From the NCBI GenBank assembly GCA_964016885.1, contig OZ024756.1:15934001-15998000 (forward strand): a stretch of DNA of 64,000 bases, written 5' to 3'. Below are positions 57,501 to 64,000 of this stretch, in pieces; position 1 is the stretch's first letter, and the number at the start of each line of letters is the position of its first letter. The notes under the pieces were generated by a model. That model saw only the letters and a program-made list of their open reading frames with translations. It was not told the origin of the DNA and ran no database searches. The position numbers and the translations under genes were made by a program. The stretch comes from Eledone cirrhosa. Lineage: Eukaryota.

Positions 57501-59102
57501 CACACTGTAAAGTGGTCGTGTAGGTGTCATGACAAAAAGCACCCAGTCCACACTGTAAAGTGGTCGTGTAGGTGTCACAACAAAAAGCACCCAGTACTCA
57601 CTGTAAAGTGGTCGTGTAGATGTCACAACAAAAAGCATCCAGTACTCACTGTAAAGTGGTCATGTAGGTGTCACAACAAAAAGCACCCAGTACACACTGT
57701 AAAGTGGTCGTGTAGGTGTCACAACAAAAAGCACCCAGTACTCACTGTAAAGTGGCCGTGTAGGTGTCACAACAAAAAGCACCCAGTACACACTGTAAAG
57801 TGGTCGTGTAGGTGTCACAACAAAAAGCACCCAGTCCACACTGTAAAGTGGTCGTGTAGGTGTCACAACAAAAAGCACCCAGTACACACAGTAAAGTGGT
57901 CGTGTAGGTGTCACAACAAAAAGCACCCAGTACTCACTGTAAAGTGGTTGTGTAGGTGTCACAACAAAAAGCACCCAGTACACACTGTAAAGTGGTTGTG
58001 TAGGTATCACAACAAAAAGCACCCAGTACTCACTGTAAAGTGGTCGTGTAGGTGTCAACAAAAAGCACCCAGTACTCACTGTAAAGTGGTCGTGTAGGTG
58101 TCACAACAAAAAGCACCCAGTACTCACTGTAAAGTGGTCGTGTAGGTGTCACAACAAAAAGCACCCAGTACTCACTGTAAAGTGGTCGTGTAGGTGTCAC
58201 AACAAAAAGCATCCAGTACTCACTGTAAAGTGGTCGTGTAGGTGTCAACAAAAAGCACCCAGTACTCACTGTAAAGTGGTCGTGTAGGTGTCACAACAAA
58301 AAGCACCCAGTCCACACTGTAAAGTGGTCGTGTAGGTGTCACAACAAAAAGCACCCAGTACTCACTGTAAAGTGGTCGTGTAGGTGTCACAACAAAAAGC
58401 ATCCAGTACTCACTGTAAAGTGGTCGTGTAGGTGTCAACAAAAAGCACCCAGTACTCACTGTAAAGTGGTCGTGTAGGTGTCACAACAAAAAGCACCCAG
58501 TACTCACTGTAAAGTGGTCGTGTAGGTGTCACAACAAAAAGCACCCAGTACTCACTGTAAAGTGGTCGTGTAGGTGTCACAACAAAAAGCACCCAGTACT
58601 CACTGTAAAGTGGTCGTGTAGGTGTCACAACAAAAAGCACCCAGTACTCACTGTAAAGTGGTCGTGTAGGTGTCACAACAAAAAGCACCCAGTACTCACT
58701 GTAAAGTGGTCGTGTAGGTGTCACAACAAAAAGCACCCAGTACTCACTGTAAAGTGGTCGTGTAGGTGTCACAACAAAAAGCACCCAGTACTCACTGTAA
58801 AGTGGTCGTGTAGGTGTCACAACAAAAAGCACCCAGTACTCACTGTAAAGTGGTCGTGTAGGTAGCACAACAAAAAGCATCCAGTACTCACTGTAAAGTG
58901 GTCGTGTAGGTGTCACAACAAAAAGCAGCCAGTACTCAATATAAATGAGGTTGGCGTTAGGAAGGGCCTCCAACCATAGAAACCAAGCCAAAATCAGTTC
59001 TGTATGAGCAAGACATGGTCACCTGATCTAGCATTGCCCACAACAGGACAACTAGTCTAACCCATGCTAGTGTGGAAGAATAGTTGTTAAACAATGATGA
59101 TG
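54570..59102 (+). mobile_element. Decayed RTE-clade LINE with satellite-expanded 3' UTR
   Basis: TWWWNS, KAPGP, QFGFVP, AFVDL*KAFDRV, FCYLGD, MLHGSE with many stops. The 3' UTR resumes after the array at about 58940 and ends in a gat tail. Confidence 0.88.
56686..58938 (+). repeat. 48-bp tandem satellite, about 47 copies
   Basis: Unit cactgtaaagtggtcgtgtaggtgtcacaacaaaaagcacccagtact; no unique spacers. Confidence 0.97.
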
Positions 59103-59647
59103 GGTAGGATGCATATATATATATATATTGGGTGGTGGTGGTGGTTGTTGTTGGGGGGAGGGCAATGAAGTGTAAGATACATGTCTTTTGATAAGAATGG
59201 GATGACATTAAAGAGAAGAATAAGGATAGTTTGGGAATATTTGTCGCAGATGTATGTTGTTGATATTGTTTTTTTTTTGGGGGGGGGGGGACATGCTAGC
59301 TCACATATTGACTTCCCTATATGTTTATATACTTACAGCTCATATATATTACACACATACACACACACACACACTCATATATACATATATATATACACAC
59401 ACATGCATACATATATACACACACATGCATACATATATATACACATATACACCTATATATATACACACACCTACACATATATGTGCATACATACATACAT
59501 ACATACACATATAAACATACATACATATATCTATCTATCTATATATATAAATGAAGTATTTCCGTCGGAAAGGTACAGGAAAAAAAGAGTGCTCTATGTA
59601 GGCTACAGAGCTTATTAGTTATGTAATAAACAACATAAGATAATTAG

Positions 59648-59706
59648 TTCATTTACCAGTGGTTTCTTGAAAGCAGATGTGTCCTGTCTTCAGTCATCAG
59701 AATGAA
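59648..59706 (-). ncRNA. Minimal hammerhead motif
   Basis: Minus: ttcatt CTGATGA c tgaa...ttca a GAAA ccactgg TA aatgaa; 6-bp stem I. Confidence 0.78.
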
Positions 59707-59846
59707 TAAATAACATGGTGTTTTTATTAAATATGGATTTGAAAACAAAATTTAGGAAATATGAAAGTGAGGCTGAAAAAACTATATATATATATATATA
59801 TATAAAAATAACAAAATAAGATGCTGAGGTTACATATATCGTTTAA

Positions 59847-59934
59847 TCATTATAATTATTTCCACTGTTCTCCATGCAATCGAGATGTCCTTCATGCATT
59901 TGCTGTTGGTTATGAGAACGGTATCCTCAGATGA
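59847..59934 (-). ncRNA. Hammerhead motif with extended stem II
   Basis: Minus: tcat CTGAGGA tac c gttctc...gagaac a gtg GAAA taatta TA atga. Confidence 0.72.
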
Positions 59935-60124
59935 ATAACCGGTATGTTTGATATGTCGCTAGCAGGAAAAACACATGTCCTGTTGCTTGTGTGCCCAGCG
60001 TGATCCCAATTTTTATTTTGTAAAATTCAAATATTCTTCATATATATTTAGCTAGGTGTGCCGCTATTTTTTCATGTGTTCCAAGGTGTGCTGTTGGCAA
60101 AAAAAAAGGTTGAGAACCACTGAC

Positions 60125-60650
60125 TCAGAGGGATGACTTCGCAAGTCTCACTTCTCGCTTCTTTCCCAACAACCCCCAATCACTGCCTTTAAACATGCCT
60201 GTAATCTCTGTGACCTTCTTCTGCAGCACAGTTACTCTTCTCCTTCCCCTAGGACTCGTCCTTGTTCTCACCCTTGCTGTAACACCTGCCCCTACATAAC
60301 AAACCTCACCACTCTCACAGGTATGAACCATTACTTTCATATTTGCCACACTTGCACCTCCACCAATGTTGTCTACACCCTCTAATGTTCCTTTTGTGGA
60401 TCCATTTACATCAGACAGACAGGCTGCAGTCTGGTGGACCGATTCACCAAACACCTATGGGTCATATGACTAGGTAAAGACAGTCCTGTCGCTCGTCATT
60501 CATTCCCCCAACCACTCTACTTAACACCTCACTGTTTCAGGCCTCCTTTTACATCACAGATCCACCACAACCACTCGCATCATGACCAAGCAGAACTTAA
60601 TTTTCCACCTTGGAACCACTTTTCCGAATGGACTCAATGTCTCCCTCCCC
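60125..60650 (+). mobile_element. Penelope-like element relic (Neptune-type GIY-YIG)
   Basis: PCSHPCCNTCPYI...TCTSTNVVYTL*CSFCGSIYIRQTG...DRFTKH...PVARH...LIFHLGTTFPNGLN, with stops. Confidence 0.78.
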
Positions 60651-61371
60651 ACCACAGTTCCTATAACCTCCCTTTACCTTTGTTCTCACACACAACTCCA
60701 ATCACCACACAATACTCACTCACATTTACAACATCCATATATATATATATATATACCACTCAACCCACATCTACTTCTGCACCGACATAACCATCAACCC
60801 TACACTTTCGGATACGTGCATGCATATATGCACCTGCCCGACACACATTCCTGTACTCACGTCCATATGTGCTTGTTTCTTTTGCACGTTCGTCTGTATT
60901 CACATGGCCCTCAGTGCCGTGGCTGTGCTGTCATCCGTGTTGAATGTTTCCTAACATTTATTCCGTCTCGACCACTTCCCAGCTCTGTCCACCTCCACGC
61001 ACGTAATGACTTCACAGCTTGTAGTTTAGTCATTTATGGTTGTACCTCTGTATCATCATATGCAAAGCTATGCAGCTTCTATTACCACCATACCAGGTAA
61101 TGAATATATAGGCTACCACCATTTTCATTACCGCCTCCCCACATGTCTAAGTCCTTTGTCTCCTGAGCAGAGTTGGAGTTTCTGCCTTGGGTCCAGTTCC
61201 CCTAATGAACTCAGCTCTCATCCCCAATTTTTTAAATCTTGCCCACATATTCTCATGCTTACTTCCATACCCCTAGCCACTGTCACCCCCTACTGTGTCC
61301 ATTGTCACACGTGCACACACATTCACTCACTAGGTTCCTGTGGTGATGTTACAGTCAGAAAACTACACCCT

Positions 61372-61812
61372 TACAACTCTACACTGACCAACAACACACA
61401 CCTATACACTGACCAACAACACACACCTCTACACTGACCAACGACACACACCTCTACACTGACCCTCACAACTCTACACTGACCAACGACACAGCTCTAC
61501 ACTGACCAACGACACACACCTCTACACTGACCAACGACACACACCTCTACACTGACCAACGACACAGCTCTACACTGACCAACAACATACACCTCTACAC
61601 TGACCCTCACAACTCTACACTGACCAACAACACACACCTCTACACTGATCAACAACACACAACTCTACACTGACCCTCACAACTCTATACAGACCAACGA
61701 CACACCTCTACACTGACCCTCACACCTCTACACTGACCAACGACACAGCTCTACACTGACCAACAACACACACCTCTACACTGACCCTCACAACTCTGTA
61801 CAGACCAACAAC
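61372..61812 (+). repeat. About 25-bp minisatellite (ctctacactgaccaacracacacac)
   Basis: Direct inspection. Confidence 0.9.
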
Positions 61813-62229
61813 TAACACACCCACCCTCATACACACATATACACACATATCCTCACAACTTCATACTTACAAGACACACATTCTCTTAGTTTCATCTGGA
61901 CAAACAACAAACACACACACACAATGTACACACTCTATATGTAAAATGATTATTTCTTTTTCAGCTAGATGTGTTTGATCACTGCTTTTTAACACAAGAC
62001 CAGCTGAGTTACTTATTTATCAACAACAGAATCAACAGTTTTCCAAGAGATAGTGACTTGAATAGACCTGTTTTTTCTCAAAGAAATTTCATTTCGTTTC
62101 TGTTGCTGCTCAATCTTTCTATTTCTTCTTTAATTTCTCATTCTATTTTCTGATGAAGGACTAGCATCCAAAACGTTAAGACTCTTTTCCAACTATATCA
62201 GGTCTCCCTCGAATGCTACTGGTAACATG

Positions 62230-64000
62230 TAACCCAGTACAACCTGTTACATGGTCGGGTCGTCGGTGACTGAACCGGTCACCCCACTAAGTTTAGTACG
62301 TGAGGAGGGTGATTTGGGATACCCTGCAGTATAAAAAACAAAACCTGACAAAGGGCGGAAGAACTCATAAGAGTCAACGGCTATCCAAAAATGTGTAAAT
62401 ATGTATATTCTCTGTGTGTGTATGTAGGATTGATTGCATGTCTGTCTGTGTACATATATATATATGTATATATATGTTTGATAAAAACTTATCAATTTTA
62501 AACCTTTTAAAAACTCTTCTGGGATAGATCGGGTCTCCATTAAGCCATGGTGAAGGCAACCCGTCTAGGAGAAGGAAATCTCTGATATGTAAACCAACCA
62601 CTGAAATTTAAATACCAAATTGGTGTCTGGCGTGGAATAATTCACCTCATGGCTAGTTAGATGTCTTCAGCCCTGAACAGCAGTCTCTCTAAAGATGGTG
62701 TCTCGATAAAAACACCTGGATATAGGGTTGGCATCCCACATCTTGTATCAGTTACCAAAAGAACTATCATGGCGTCCACTAACTGCGCCAGGGTCCAAGC
62801 CTCTGCTTTTTCCAGTTCCCAACTCAAACCTTGTTTCCTACGAAACGAATGACCAGTCACCTCTTAACTCTTCGGAGCGAGATGATTGTGAAGAGGGAGA
62901 TGACTAAACAACGAACAACAACTCCACATCTAAGTTCATGATGTGCAAAAGCCCCATCGTCTATGGCACTTTCAATTCACAAACTTTGTCAAAGACCAGT
63001 GGAAAACAAGACCTTCTCTTTTGCACAAAGAAAAACCGGATTGACATCCTGAGCACAGACATTACCACCCTGACATAAATCTGAACTATACTAACTTTGG
63101 TAAATATCAATTAATCACTGCCTCAGCCATAAAACACCCAAGGCTCAACTGTAGATGGAGTTGGTATACTTCTTTCTCCTAAAGCTTCAGGAAACCTGCT
63201 AACAGTTGAAAAAATATCTGATGACATAATTGTGGCTGAATTCAACAGTAACCCTCAAACAATGTGAATTGCATGTTACTGTCCAAACAACACAAATGAG
63301 GAAAAGATAGTAGACAACTTCTACTCTGATCTGAAGGGAGTAACAGAAAGTGTCTGCCCCCATAATTTCCTTGTCATTGCAGGGGACTTTAATGGTCAAA
63401 TAGGCAAAAGTGAAGCGCCATTCTTATATAATAATGTAACAAACCGAAACGGAGAAAAGCTGGACTTTGCCAACAAGTTCCAACTCCAAATTACAAACAC
63501 CAGGTTCATGAAAAACTCAAACCGTATGTGGACTTTTCAACACCCATCAGGTTCCCGTTCACAAATTGATTACATCCCTGTGAGAAACAAATGGAAGAAC
63601 AGTGTTCGTAACACCCAGGCATACTCGTCCTTCTCCTCAGTTGGCTCTGATCATAGAGTTGTTTCCATACATGCCGTCCTTAGCCTAAGGTCATCTAAAC
63701 TGCCAAAGCAAAAACCCCATGACACAAGAGAACTGGACAAAAGTATCCTCAAACAGAACCTTGAGACACTCCTTCACTGTAGAAGTTAAGAATCGTTTCG
63801 AAGCGCTCTCTAGTGAGTCTGACGATATTGAAGCACGATACAAAAACCTTATTTCAGCCACAGAAGAAATTGCACTCTCAAAACTACCAAAGAAGGAAAA
63901 AACAAAACATACCGCCATCAGCTTGGATGTTCATGAGAGCAATGCAAGAAAAGCTCTGCAAAGAGTCCAATTGATATACGAATAAAGGCCAATCGGAGGT
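62230..64000 (+). mobile_element. LINE (RTE-like) 5' UTR and AP endonuclease, decayed, runs off the window
   Basis: YGTFNSQTL, FLVIAGDFNGQIG, WTFQHPSGSRSQIDYI, VGSDHRVV, EVKNRFEAL; UTR motif gaaggcaacccgtctaggagaaggaaatctctga. Confidence 0.82.

Noticed and set aside
56686-58938. CRISPR-like array, or a repeat protein (VVTPTRPLYSEYWVLF)n
   Set aside because: Head-to-tail units with no unique spacers, no cas genes, eukaryotic context. The ORFs arise because the 48-bp unit is a multiple of three and lacks a stop in one frame.
62146-62185. Hammerhead downstream of the Neptune-like relic
   Set aside because: ctgatga and stem II are present, but GAAA is mutated to AAAA (catalytic G12 lost); counted only as a dead relic.

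Overview
AT-rich, repeat-saturated animal genomic DNA. The repeat content suggests a coleoid cephalopod such as octopus (inference). One host gene is supported: a minus-strand OSGIN1/2-like FAD-dependent oxidoreductase. Four coding exons with phase-consistent GT-AG junctions were assembled by hand (29113-28980, 23180-22989, 16912-16818, 15024-14019); the N-terminal coding exon was not found. The rest is giant (TA)n/(CATA)n microsatellites (source of nearly all long Y/I/H/M ORFs, which are artefacts), RTE and CR1-like LINE relics, four Penelope-like (PLE) GIY-YIG relics, tRNA-derived SINEs, mariner and piggyBac-type MITEs, minisatellites and a 200-N gap. The main hidden signal is a diverse set of minimal type I hammerhead ribozyme motifs (about ten near-complete, plus fragments) from unrelated sequence families. 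They include core variants (U3-A8, U4C) and two ORF-less inverted-repeat units whose paired hammerheads face outward. All RNA structures were folded by eye, and none is shown to be active.
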